This document shows positions 26,436-35,921 of a DNA stretch of 64,000 nucleotides, piece after piece; the first letter of the stretch is position 1; each line of letters starts with the position of its first letter. A program made the translations under genes and the position numbers. The notes beneath the pieces are model-generated. The model was given only the letters and a program-made list of their open reading frames with translations, was not told the DNA's origin and ran no database searches. The stretch comes from a virus (lineage: Duplodnaviria; Caudoviricetes): positions 2,245 through 66,244 of IMG/VR virus record IMGVR_UViG_3300043496_000014; one strand, 5' to 3'.

Positions 26436-28609
26436 TTAGTAAAGACACACTTAATTATAAGAAGCGTGACAAGGTGGAGCGTATCTACCTTGGTAAACGT
26501 ACATGGTTGCAAAGGGTAGCACAAAGATTCAAGCAGCTTACTTCCATCAACTTTGGACGCACTACTACATGGTCGTATGACCGTTCGTACTCATCACGTG
26601 ACGGTACGATAAACTACCGTGAGTTAGCTGGAGAGGGTAGGAACAACGCTATTGTGTATGCAGCTATGGACTTGTTGGCTACCACGTTTGCACAGTCACC
26701 TATAGTGGTGAAACAGTTGTCTGGTGACCAGGAAGTTATCGTACCGAATCATGAAATGGTGCAACGTATTAGGCGTCCTAATGATTACTACTCTGGTCAG
26801 TTGCTATGGAAAGCAACCATGATAGATTACGCATTTGGTAACGCATACTGGTTGAAGGTGCGTAGTGGTGCAGGTAAGCCAGTACAGTTCTACTGGGTAC
26901 CGTCACACACTATCACACCTATGTGGCCTAATGACAACACTACGGTGTTTATATCCCATTACGAATACACACCTAATGGTACTGTGATAAACGTTGCACC
27001 TGAAGATGTGTTGCACTTCCGTAATGGACTGGACCCTAAGAATATACGTAAAGGTTTGTCACCACTAGGTGCGTTGCTACGTGAGATAGTGACAGATGAG
27101 GAAGCAGCAGAGTTTACACACACTATCCTACGTAACTTAGGTGTGACAGGTATGATAATCAGCCCTTCTAACGAGAAGGGAAAGATTACACAAGCTGATG
27201 CAGACAAGATCAAGGCTAGTGTGATGAACCGTACACAAGGTGACAGGCGTGGTGAACCACTGGTGATAGGTGGTTCCATCAAAGTAGACCAGATGGCTAC
27301 TGATGTTACCAAGCTAGACTTGTCAGCCATCAGGCACATACCAGAGGAACGTATCACAGCAATCTTTGGTACGCCTGCTATCCTGCTAGGGTTGGGTACA
27401 GGACTGGAAAACGCTACATACTCCAATGTAGATGGATTGCGACGTATCTTCTATGAGAACAAAGTGATACCTATTCAAAACTTCATTGCTGCTGACTTGC
27501 ACACACAGTTGATGAGTGACTATGTATCAAATGTTGATGCATTTACCATTGAATTTGACAATGAAAACGTTAGGGTGCTCAAAGAAGACGAGACACAGCA
27601 AGTTGACCGCCTACTAAAAGAACTAGAGAGTGGTGCACTAACTGTCAACGAGTACCGTGCTGAACGTGACAGGGAACCGTACCCTACAGACATGTACATG
27701 TTGGCTAGCCGTATCATACCTGTAGCAGTAGATGACATCGTAAAGAAGGCTACGGTACAGGATCAACCAGAAGCACTAGCAGCAGGTAACCAGGGTGCAT
27801 TGCCTCCAGGTGATGGTAACGACACTACTACCACTACCAACGCTGACGGTAGCACAGTTACCAGTAGCAGTACCAGTAGTGCAGGTAAAGCACGTACCAC
27901 TACCACTAGCACTAAAGACATTAGTGACAGTGTTGATAGGATACGTGCCAGGATGATTGGTCAGTGTGCCAATGATGTGCACGCATATCTGAACGAACAA
28001 CGTGCATTTGTTGTGGCACAGATTGAAGACCAATCCAAAGCACGTAAGATACGTATAAACTGGCCACGTGTGCAGCAGGACTATGACACGCTCAAAGGCG
28101 TGTTGGAACCGTGGTACAAGCGTACGCTAACAGCAGTGCATGATGTGGTACAGGACATACTTGATACTAGGTACGAGTTGACTGGTACAGATGAGCGTAC
28201 GTACCTGAAGGCAGCAGCACTGAACATTAAGGGAATAAACGAATATACACGCACCAGTGTTGCCAAGGCTATTGCCACCAGTGTTGAACTAGATGAAACA
28301 GTGGAAGAACTAGCCATGCGTATCAATGATTTGTACGTGTTCTCTGAGTCACGTGCACTAGAGATAGCACGTACAGAATTAGCACAGGCTACCAATCTAT
28401 CACAGATTGAATCGTACAAAGCATCGGACGTTGTGGTGGGTGTACGGATCACTGATGGTGACCAGGATTCAGTGTGTGCAGCATTGAACGGTAGACGTGT
28501 CAAGATTGCTGAAGCACGTAGCATTCCACCGTTGGGACACCCTAACTGTGTGCGTAGATTCTGGCACATCTTAGATGCAGCAGAGCTAGCAGAAAGTGAG
28601 GCAGCGTAA
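26432..28609 (+). CDS. HK97-type portal protein fused to a MuF/gp7-like head morphogenesis domain
   Basis: Portal motifs GNAYW, VLHFR, GLSPL, IFGTP, LTVNEYR; T/S-rich linker; C-terminal RALEIARTE...VCAALNG...PPLGHPNCVR. Confidence 0.9.
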   Translation: MISKDTLNYKKRDKVERIYLGKRTWLQRVAQRFKQLTSINFGRTTTWSYDRSYSSRDGTINYRELAGEGRNNAIVYAAMDLLATTFAQSPIVVKQLSGDQEVIVPNHEMVQRIRRPNDYYSGQLLWKATMIDYAFGNAYWLKVRSGAGKPVQFYWVPSHTITPMWPNDNTTVFISHYEYTPNGTVINVAPEDVLHFRNGLDPKNIRKGLSPLGALLREIVTDEEAAEFTHTILRNLGVTGMIISPSNEKGKITQADADKIKASVMNRTQGDRRGEPLVIGGSIKVDQMATDVTKLDLSAIRHIPEERITAIFGTPAILLGLGTGLENATYSNVDGLRRIFYENKVIPIQNFIAADLHTQLMSDYVSNVDAFTIEFDNENVRVLKEDETQQVDRLLKELESGALTVNEYRAERDREPYPTDMYMLASRIIPVAVDDIVKKATVQDQPEALAAGNQGALPPGDGNDTTTTTNADGSTVTSSSTSSAGKARTTTTSTKDISDSVDRIRARMIGQCANDVHAYLNEQRAFVVAQIEDQSKARKIRINWPRVQQDYDTLKGVLEPWYKRTLTAVHDVVQDILDTRYELTGTDERTYLKAAALNIKGINEYTRTSVAKAIATSVELDETVEELAMRINDLYVFSESRALEIARTELAQATNLSQIESYKASDVVVGVRITDGDQDSVCAALNGRRVKIAEARSIPPLGHPNCVRRFWHILDAAELAESEAA

Positions 28610-28610
28610 C

Positions 28611-29765
28611 ATGAAGTACGCACGTAAGGTGTTGCCAGCAATTGGTGCAAAGGTGTTGCAGGATGCTGGCGGACAAGGCTTGGTAGAGGCTTACTGTAGT
28701 GTCTTCAATAACGTTGATTATGCTGGTGAGATAATCAGACCAGGATTCTTTGCAGACACCATTGCACAGTCCACTACACAGGGTAAAACGCTACCTAAGA
28801 TATTGTGGTCACACAACATGTATGAACAGCCAATAGGTGTGACACGTGAAGCTGAGGAAGTGTTGCCATATGACGCGCGTCTGCCTGCTGTTATACAGCA
28901 GCTAGGTGGGTTGCGAGTTGTTGGGCAATTCAATATGGACACGCAACTAGGTAGAGACACTTTCAGTAACATAAAGATGGGTGCTCTGGATAAGTACTCC
29001 ATTGGATACTACGTGTTGGTTGACTCGTATGACCGTGAATCGGGCATTGTGGAGTTGCTAAAGGGTGAGTGGCTAGAGTGGTCACCTGTCAACTTTGCAG
29101 CCAACGATGCAACACTGACCGTAGATGCAAAGAACGGTGTAGGAGGAAACGGTACCAAGACAGAGCACCTGTACATAGTACGTAGTCCAGCAGAATTTGT
29201 TGATGGTTCATTCAAACGTGACGTGCACAAGCATGAGACGCTTGGATTGGAGTACACCGTAGTCACTGGTAAGCTACGTGCTACTGGTGATACAGAGGCA
29301 GCTAACGTACGCTTTGATGCAGACGCATGGGATGCATCAGACGCACAGACACTCTGTACTGACTACGGACGTGGTACCTTTGAACCAGCAACCAACACTA
29401 ACACCACTGGCAGCATGGAGGGATTCAAGGAACGTTTAGCAGATCATGGTGCACGCATGGTTGCACAAATGTCTGCATACCTGGACAGAGTAGAACACGT
29501 AGCTAAGCTACGAATAGCTGAAGGCAAAGCTGGACGTGTTCTCTCTGAGGCTAACCGTACGATCCTGGCAGGATTGCTACCAGACCTTACCTCAGTATCT
29601 GACCGTGTACAGAAGTTGTTAGATGACACTTCAGTGTCAACTGATGATGCTGGTAAGGCAGCAGGTGCTAGTGTGGTTGTGGTGCGTGATTCTGCTGAGA
29701 TTAGACGGATGTTGGGACGTATGCACGTCCTGAATGCAGAGCTAGTAGCAGCAACCGTTGATTAG
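28611..29765 (+). CDS. HK97-family prohead protease with C-terminal extension
   Basis: AYCSVFNNVD, LWSHN, YSIGY, EWSPVNFAAN; C-terminal KAGRVLSEANR. Confidence 0.92.
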   Translation: MKYARKVLPAIGAKVLQDAGGQGLVEAYCSVFNNVDYAGEIIRPGFFADTIAQSTTQGKTLPKILWSHNMYEQPIGVTREAEEVLPYDARLPAVIQQLGGLRVVGQFNMDTQLGRDTFSNIKMGALDKYSIGYYVLVDSYDRESGIVELLKGEWLEWSPVNFAANDATLTVDAKNGVGGNGTKTEHLYIVRSPAEFVDGSFKRDVHKHETLGLEYTVVTGKLRATGDTEAANVRFDADAWDASDAQTLCTDYGRGTFEPATNTNTTGSMEGFKERLADHGARMVAQMSAYLDRVEHVAKLRIAEGKAGRVLSEANRTILAGLLPDLTSVSDRVQKLLDDTSVSTDDAGKAAGASVVVVRDSAEIRRMLGRMHVLNAELVAATVD

Positions 29766-29783
29766 CGAATGGGGGTGTGTGTC

Positions 29784-31154
29784 ATGAAGACTGCTGAGAT
29801 ACGTGCACGAATGGCCAACCTGATGCAGGAAAGCAAAGGGTTGATTGAGCAGTACCCTGACTTCAGTTTTCCTGATGATGTGTACGAGCGTGTCAAGTCC
29901 ATTGATTCAGAACTAGGTGATTTGAAGGGTAAGCTGGACAATGCCAACCGTTCCAAGGAAATAGTGGAACGGATGAGCAGCTTTGACAGCTACCTGAATG
30001 AGCCTGCTGCCAACAGCAATGGCACTACACATGCTGGTGACAGTGGCGGTGCTGGTAAGGCACGTGGCAGTGATGATGGTGCACAGCACCAGCACCAGCA
30101 GCACCGTAAGGCTGTTAGTCAGATTGTGCTTGGTGATGGTGAGTACAGTGACTGGCTAAAGAAGGTTGCACCAAGTGGCAACTTCTCTGAGAAGGTGCGT
30201 GTTGCCTCACCACAGGTGCAGATTCCTGGTGGTTTGAAGGCACTGGTTACTGGTGCATCGGACTCGTCTGCTGGTGCATTTGTCTTTACAGATGTTCAGC
30301 GTAACTTGGATCAGTTCATTCTGCGTCGTCCACTTGTCATGCGAGACATCATTACGATTGGTCGTACTGAGTCTGACATGGTGGAGTACGTACGTCAGGT
30401 TTCAGAAACCAACAATGCTGCAATGGTGCCTGAAGCAACCAGTAGCGCACCTATTGGTGATGGTACTGGTGGTACAGTGCTTCCTGCTGCTGGTGGTTTG
30501 AAGCCACAGTCAGCAATGGTGTTTGAACGGGTTACCACACCTGTTCGTACCGTTGCACACTGGATGCCAGCTACCAAGCGTGCACTGTCTGATGCAGGAC
30601 AGATGGAGACTCTGATTGACAACTTCCTTCGATATGGTGTGGAGGAAGAACTAGAAGATCAGATGGTCATTGGTGATGGTACTGGTGAGAATTTCTATGG
30701 ACTCGCCAACATCACTAACCTGACTGCACAGAACTGGGACACCAACCTGATGGTGACCACTCGACGTGCCAAGACTAAGGTGCGTACGGTTGGGCGCATG
30801 TCACCTACTGCGTACCTGCTGAATCCCTACGATTGGGAGAGTATCCAGCTACTGCGTACAGAGGATGGTGGTGCAAACACTGGTCAGTTCTTCTTTGGTG
30901 GGCCAGCAGCAGTGGAAGTGCCTACCCTGTGGAACCTGCCTGTTGTTGAGTCTGAGTCTGTGCCAGTGGGTACAGGGTATGTGGGTAACTTCAAAACCCT
31001 GATCCTGTGGGACCGTGAACAGGCAGGCGTGCAGATGACTGACTCGCATAACGATTTCTTTGTGCGTAACCTTGTTGCCATTCTTGCTGAGGCACGTGCA
31101 GCGTTTGGTTGCCTACGTCCCTCTGCCATTGTCGAAATGGACCTTACTGCGTAG
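29784..31154 (+). CDS. major capsid protein (HK97 fold, N-terminal delta domain)
   Basis: Coiled-coil N-terminus, LKPQS, RTVAHW, GDGTGENFYG, FVRNLVAILAEAR. Confidence 0.95.
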   Translation: MKTAEIRARMANLMQESKGLIEQYPDFSFPDDVYERVKSIDSELGDLKGKLDNANRSKEIVERMSSFDSYLNEPAANSNGTTHAGDSGGAGKARGSDDGAQHQHQQHRKAVSQIVLGDGEYSDWLKKVAPSGNFSEKVRVASPQVQIPGGLKALVTGASDSSAGAFVFTDVQRNLDQFILRRPLVMRDIITIGRTESDMVEYVRQVSETNNAAMVPEATSSAPIGDGTGGTVLPAAGGLKPQSAMVFERVTTPVRTVAHWMPATKRALSDAGQMETLIDNFLRYGVEEELEDQMVIGDGTGENFYGLANITNLTAQNWDTNLMVTTRRAKTKVRTVGRMSPTAYLLNPYDWESIQLLRTEDGGANTGQFFFGGPAAVEVPTLWNLPVVESESVPVGTGYVGNFKTLILWDREQAGVQMTDSHNDFFVRNLVAILAEARAAFGCLRPSAIVEMDLTA

Positions 31155-31195
31155 TAGCACGTAGTAATGCGTGCATTGTGTGGAGTGTAGGTACC

Positions 31196-31849
31196 GTGCC
31201 AAAACGTTGCATCATATGTGGGGCCATTGGTGCAACGTGTGGCACACCTACCAGAGTGCTACCTGTAGATCAGGTAGTTACAGGATACATAGTAGCTGGA
31301 GACAAGCTGTTGCCACATATACCACAACCACCATCTGACATGTCAGATGAGGAACGTGAAGAATACGAGTTGATGGCTGTGGCAATGAACAAGCGTAGTC
31401 TACGCACACAGCTACGTGAAAGGGAGGAACAGGCAATGTCTGAGGGTAAAGCAGCACACACATCCCTTAGTTACGTTGATCGTGGTGACGGTATCCTAGT
31501 CAAGATGGCACCTGATGTGGCCAAGCAGTATGTGGACACAGTAGAAGGTGCCAGCATTGTCAAGGAAGGTGCACTGCCACAGCCTAAAGAGGGTGAAGTA
31601 ATTGGTGCTACCAAGGCACGTGTTGGTGAAGTGTTCAACGAGGATGGCACACAGAAGGATGACATACAGCCAATGACCAGTCGCATGTTCAATGCGGACA
31701 TGCGTACCAGGAATGAGGCTGTACCTGCTGTAGACAAGGCAGTGCCTAACTCCACTGGCACACCTTCTGAAACCACTGAAACCATCACACCCTCACCCAC
31801 TGGTAGCACCACCAGTGAACCTACCCTGAAGCAGCCACCACGTAAGTAG
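31196..31849 (+). CDS. hypothetical head-region protein
   Basis: GTG start after GGAG; N-terminal CIICG..CG; acidic, P/T-rich C-terminus. Confidence 0.65.
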   Translation: MPKRCIICGAIGATCGTPTRVLPVDQVVTGYIVAGDKLLPHIPQPPSDMSDEEREEYELMAVAMNKRSLRTQLREREEQAMSEGKAAHTSLSYVDRGDGILVKMAPDVAKQYVDTVEGASIVKEGALPQPKEGEVIGATKARVGEVFNEDGTQKDDIQPMTSRMFNADMRTRNEAVPAVDKAVPNSTGTPSETTETITPSPTGSTTSEPTLKQPPRK

Positions 31850-31876
31850 GCACGCACGCACGCATAGGTGTTGTAG

Positions 31877-32476
31877 ATGGCTACCAGTATCAAGGGATAC
31901 ACCACAGTAGAAAACGTACAGGCACAGCTTGGACGTACGTTGACTGCTGCACAGGTAACGTACCTGGAAGAAAGCATTATGCCTGCTGCTGAAGCATGGG
32001 TAGATGCTACAGGTGGACGTGCCTATGGTGAAGGTGTTGTAGTTGCTGAACAACTGACAATGCAACCTGCTGGATACACGTGGTTGTCTACAGCACCTGT
32101 GGTGAGTGTTGAAGGTGTACGTGGTTGGTTGTGGGGCCAAACAGTAGAACAGATACAGCTACTGCCACCAGAGTATTACGCACTGATTGATGATGTTAGT
32201 GGACAACTGTACATACCTAGTTACGCTAACTATGCGTACCTGGAAGCTGACTACACACCTGATAGTACGGTACCTGCTGCAATAGGGTTGGCTACGTCCA
32301 TACTATGTGGGTACTACATGAGAACGGTAGTGCACCCTGAAACAGAATGGCTGACTGATTACTCCAGTGGACAGGACATACGTATAAAATTTAGAGAGTT
32401 GACGATACCACAGATGGTGTATGACCTAATTGAGAGTGCTTCAGGTAGTGTGTCAGGTGGCTACGTCATTGCATGA
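31877..32476 (+). CDS. head-tail connector (adaptor)
   Basis: YTTVENV...AAEAWVD..GR...VPAAIGLA; synteny. Confidence 0.8.
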   Translation: MATSIKGYTTVENVQAQLGRTLTAAQVTYLEESIMPAAEAWVDATGGRAYGEGVVVAEQLTMQPAGYTWLSTAPVVSVEGVRGWLWGQTVEQIQLLPPEYYALIDDVSGQLYIPSYANYAYLEADYTPDSTVPAAIGLATSILCGYYMRTVVHPETEWLTDYSSGQDIRIKFRELTIPQMVYDLIESASGSVSGGYVIA

Positions 32477-32513
32477 CATAGCTACAAGCACAACACACAT
32501 GGGAGGAAGTAAC

Positions 32514-32972
32514 GTGGCAGAGAACCAGAGTGCACAGGCTGACAGTGGTGATGCACTGGTGCGTATCCAGAGTGAAGATGGCACCAAGCAGTACAGTGTG
32601 ACTGAGGATGCTTACCACAGCACAGCAATGGCTAGCCTTGACGGACAGACGTACGAGGAAGCTGGCTACACCATTGTGAGCTACGAGGATGGCACACCAT
32701 ACGGTACTGATGCTGAACCTACTAAGTGGGCCAAGAACAAGAATGCTGGTGCACCAGCAATAGGTGCAGATGCTACCAGTGTGACCAACATTGATGGTGA
32801 GCCAGCAACAGAAGACCAGATAGCTGCTGCTGGTCTGTCTGCACAGCCCACACAGCCCACACCGTCTGCACAGCCTGCACCACCACCAACGGCAGCAGTA
32901 CCACCAACAGCACCTGCACTTACACCACAGCCTGCACCTGTTGTGACGCCACCTACGCCACCAGCACCGTAA
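32514..32972 (+). CDS. hypothetical protein with Pro-rich tail
   Basis: GGAGG SD plus GTG start; acidic domain followed by P/A/T repeats. Confidence 0.7.
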   Translation: MAENQSAQADSGDALVRIQSEDGTKQYSVTEDAYHSTAMASLDGQTYEEAGYTIVSYEDGTPYGTDAEPTKWAKNKNAGAPAIGADATSVTNIDGEPATEDQIAAAGLSAQPTQPTPSAQPAPPPTAAVPPTAPALTPQPAPVVTPPTPPAP

Positions 32973-32993
32973 CTGAATGGGTAACTGACTGAC

Positions 32994-33383
32994 ATGTTGG
33001 CACCTGAAGAACTGGTCAGCTTACGTGGAGTGGCACTAGCCTCGTTGCAGGGTGAGTGTGACATTACACGTAAAACACGCATGCGTCAACCAAACGGTAG
33101 CTGGAAAGATGTAGCAGCAGTGGTTGCATCCAGCGTGCGGTGTCGTAAGGTGCCAACAGGTCAGACACCAGAGGAACGTGCCATATTAGGTGGCACAACG
33201 TTGGCAGAGCAAGGTGTGTCAACGTTCATACTGAGTGGAGAACAGCCTATCTACAAAGATGATGTAATAGTGTACCCACCAGGAGGCAAAGGTTACGGTG
33301 TAATTGGTGTGTATTCGCGCACAGATGGTGAGTACGTACGTGCAATGGTGTACGATGATTCATCCTCACCTAGTGAGCCATAA
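32994..33383 (+). CDS. head closure / head-tail joining protein
   Basis: Synteny, size and beta-rich sequence. Confidence 0.7.
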   Translation: MLAPEELVSLRGVALASLQGECDITRKTRMRQPNGSWKDVAAVVASSVRCRKVPTGQTPEERAILGGTTLAEQGVSTFILSGEQPIYKDDVIVYPPGGKGYGVIGVYSRTDGEYVRAMVYDDSSSPSEP

Positions 33384-33392
33384 GTAACAACC

Positions 33393-33746
33393 ATGCAGAT
33401 GAGACTGACAGCACAATGGGCCAGTAGGGTTGCCACGTATCGTGCACGTGTCAACAAAGATACTGGTACGGAAGTGCGTGATAGGCTGATTAGGATTAGG
33501 GACAGATGGTCCACAGATGTACGTGTGGATACTGGCCATTACAGGGATACAGTAGCAGGCACAGAACCTGAGATGCAAACCAGCACACAGGGACGAATAC
33601 AACCACCACATGAAGACTATTTCGTATTCAACGAATACGGTACTAGTCGTATGTCAGCTAGACCTTCAATGCGCCAAGCGATAGCAGCAGAGCAACGCGA
33701 CTTTAGTAACACTATCAGTAACATACTGAAAGACATAGGGCTGTAG
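33393..33746 (+). CDS. HK97 gp10-like neck/tail completion protein
   Basis: VDTGHYR, EYGTSRMSARPSMRQA. Confidence 0.85.
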   Translation: MQMRLTAQWASRVATYRARVNKDTGTEVRDRLIRIRDRWSTDVRVDTGHYRDTVAGTEPEMQTSTQGRIQPPHEDYFVFNEYGTSRMSARPSMRQAIAAEQRDFSNTISNILKDIGL

Positions 33747-33754
33747 GTAGTGAT

Positions 33755-34210
33755 ATGACATTCAGTTTGAGTGGTATGTCTCCAGTACTGATGACAGAGA
33801 TAGTAGATGAGATAGTGACTGAATTGCAGAGTGATGCAGAGTTGATGGGCACACCATTAAATGGAAACATCTATCCAGACATCGAACCTGGACATGATTA
33901 CCCTGTGTTGGTAGTGTTGGGTGTGATTGGTGAAGTTACACGTACACTCAATGCTCAGCACGTGTGGCGTGATGCTGAGATACAAGTGACAGCTAGAGAC
34001 AAAGGAGGAACTGACAAAGGTTCCCTTGTATTGATAATGCGTAGGGTTAGCATCGTATTGGAGGGACTACGTATACAGCGTAATGGCTTGTACATTGGTC
34101 CCATACATGAGATACGAGAACGTCCACGTGGGCCAGATAGAGTTAACGACGATTTGTACCCACAAATTGTAGTGGAGTACGATTGTAAAGCCTACAGACA
34201 TAGTGTGTAG
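33755..34210 (+). CDS. tail terminator
   Basis: IYPD...YPVLV; synteny before the major tail gene. Confidence 0.7.
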   Translation: MTFSLSGMSPVLMTEIVDEIVTELQSDAELMGTPLNGNIYPDIEPGHDYPVLVVLGVIGEVTRTLNAQHVWRDAEIQVTARDKGGTDKGSLVLIMRRVSIVLEGLRIQRNGLYIGPIHEIRERPRGPDRVNDDLYPQIVVEYDCKAYRHSV

Positions 34211-34239
34211 GTGTTGGTGAATGGTGAGGGGGTGGTGTC

Positions 34240-35262
34240 ATGCCAATTGAACGAGCGATAGCCACAAGTATCGTACAGATAGCACCAGAGGCTACGCCTG
34301 GTGTGCCACTGCCTGCTACTAAGCGTTTGAGCAGTATGTCTGTCTCGTTGGCACCTGATGCTGATGTGGCGTTCCAGGGACCAACAGGTTACCTGTTTGA
34401 CACTACTAGTGTGGTGAACCGTGAGTGGTCCACCAGTGATGTGAGTGGACTGCCAGCATACAGTGAACTACAGTATCCCTTGTCTAGCCTTATGGGTACT
34501 GCTGTGATTAGCACACCAGCCACTGCTGTGTTGGCACGTGACTGGGTGTTCAACATCGTGCACAATCGGCAGGGTATACCTAAGACGTACACCATTGAAC
34601 AGGGTGACGTTGATGCAGGTACAGCAGAGCGTGCAGGGTACTGTTTCTTCAATGCGCTGGATATGTCGTTCAGCCGTGAAGGTGGTACTGACCTTGGTGG
34701 CAGTGTGATGGGTCAGATCATTGACTATGATTTCACACTGACTGATCCACTCACGGTAACTGGTGTGCCACAAGTACCGATTCAGCCTAATGAAGTGAAC
34801 GTCTACCTTGATCTGGACAGTGCAGATTTGGGTATGACACAGTGGGTGGATGCGTTTACGGTTGGCTGGTCTATTGCTGACCGTTGGAACGTTGGTTACC
34901 CATTGAATCGTAGCAAACCATCCTTTGATCGCCACTACGCTACTAAGCCTGATCCTACCATGACGTTCTCAGTAGCCAACAACGCTGTGGGACGTGAACT
35001 GATTGGGTATTTCAGGCAGCGTACAGCAGTGTTCATCCGTATTGATGGTCTTGGTCCGTTGATTGAGACTGTTGGTACTGCACCAGGAGTGGATTTCAAC
35101 TACATGTATCAGATGGACATGGCTGTACAGCTTAGTGCAGCATTCAGTCCTGCTGATATCAATGGACTTGCCACACTGGATTGGACTGGCCGTATTGTCT
35201 ACGATTCCACGTGGGATAAGGCAATGTCAGCCAAGATACGTAACGCACAGGCTGCACTGTAA
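34240..35262 (+). CDS. major tail (tube) protein
   Basis: E.TPG...PAT N-terminus, TYTIEQG motif, synteny. Confidence 0.85.
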   Translation: MPIERAIATSIVQIAPEATPGVPLPATKRLSSMSVSLAPDADVAFQGPTGYLFDTTSVVNREWSTSDVSGLPAYSELQYPLSSLMGTAVISTPATAVLARDWVFNIVHNRQGIPKTYTIEQGDVDAGTAERAGYCFFNALDMSFSREGGTDLGGSVMGQIIDYDFTLTDPLTVTGVPQVPIQPNEVNVYLDLDSADLGMTQWVDAFTVGWSIADRWNVGYPLNRSKPSFDRHYATKPDPTMTFSVANNAVGRELIGYFRQRTAVFIRIDGLGPLIETVGTAPGVDFNYMYQMDMAVQLSAAFSPADINGLATLDWTGRIVYDSTWDKAMSAKIRNAQAAL

Positions 35263-35331
35263 CAACAACAGTGTAGGCGTGCATGCATGTGTGTGGGTGC
35301 ATTGGTACCCACACACGCAGTGGAGTATAGC

Positions 35332-35739
35332 GTGGATTTGGCAGCACTTAGGAACAAGTCGGTTACCATTCGTATTGACTTTGATGGTGAGCTACTTACC
35401 ATCACATACAACCCACATATGTATGATGATGATTGCCAGCGTATTCTGAATGACTTGACGAATCAGCCTGACAACACTGGTTTGGCTGGTATCTTCGAGC
35501 GTTTGCTTACGTCATGGGATTTGAAGGATTCTGGTGTACAGGTTCCTTGCACGTATGAATCGTTCACGATGTTGCCACCATTCCTACGCACTAAGATTCT
35601 GAATGCTGTGATTGAGGATGAGATGGAGCGGGGAAAGTTGAGAAGCTCAGACAATGGCTCGAATCAAGCGGTAACTCGTCGCTCGGCTCTTGTCCCGATT
35701 GGTTCATCTGCATCAGCGACTTCAAATGGGCAGGAGTAG
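35332..35739 (+). CDS. tail assembly chaperone (gpG-like)
   Basis: Between tail tube and tape measure; LTSWDLKD motif; GGAG SD plus GTG start. Confidence 0.85.
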   Translation: MDLAALRNKSVTIRIDFDGELLTITYNPHMYDDDCQRILNDLTNQPDNTGLAGIFERLLTSWDLKDSGVQVPCTYESFTMLPPFLRTKILNAVIEDEMERGKLRSSDNGSNQAVTRRSALVPIGSSASATSNGQE

Positions 35740-35912
35740 TTGGTGATTGGTGTCACCTACTTGACTTGCCATGTACACCGTTAGTACACAAGTACTTACG
35801 ACGTTGGATTAACTGGTCTAAAGTGGCAGAGATACAGGCACAACGTACAGTGGACAAAAAGAACAGAGACAGACAGGCACGTCGTGGTGCTGCTGCACGT
35901 AGGGGTAGATAG
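35631..35912 (+). CDS. -1 frameshift extension of the chaperone (gpGT-like)
   Basis: G-GGA-AAG slippery heptamer at 35631-35637 in the correct phase; the -1 frame is open to TAG at 35912. Confidence 0.85.
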   Translation, partial: GKVEKLRQWLESSGNSSLGSCPDWFICISDFKWAGVVGDWCHLLDLPCTPLVHKYLRRWINWSKVAEIQAQRTVDKKNRDRQARRGAAARRGR

Positions 35913-35921
35913 GGAGAACTG

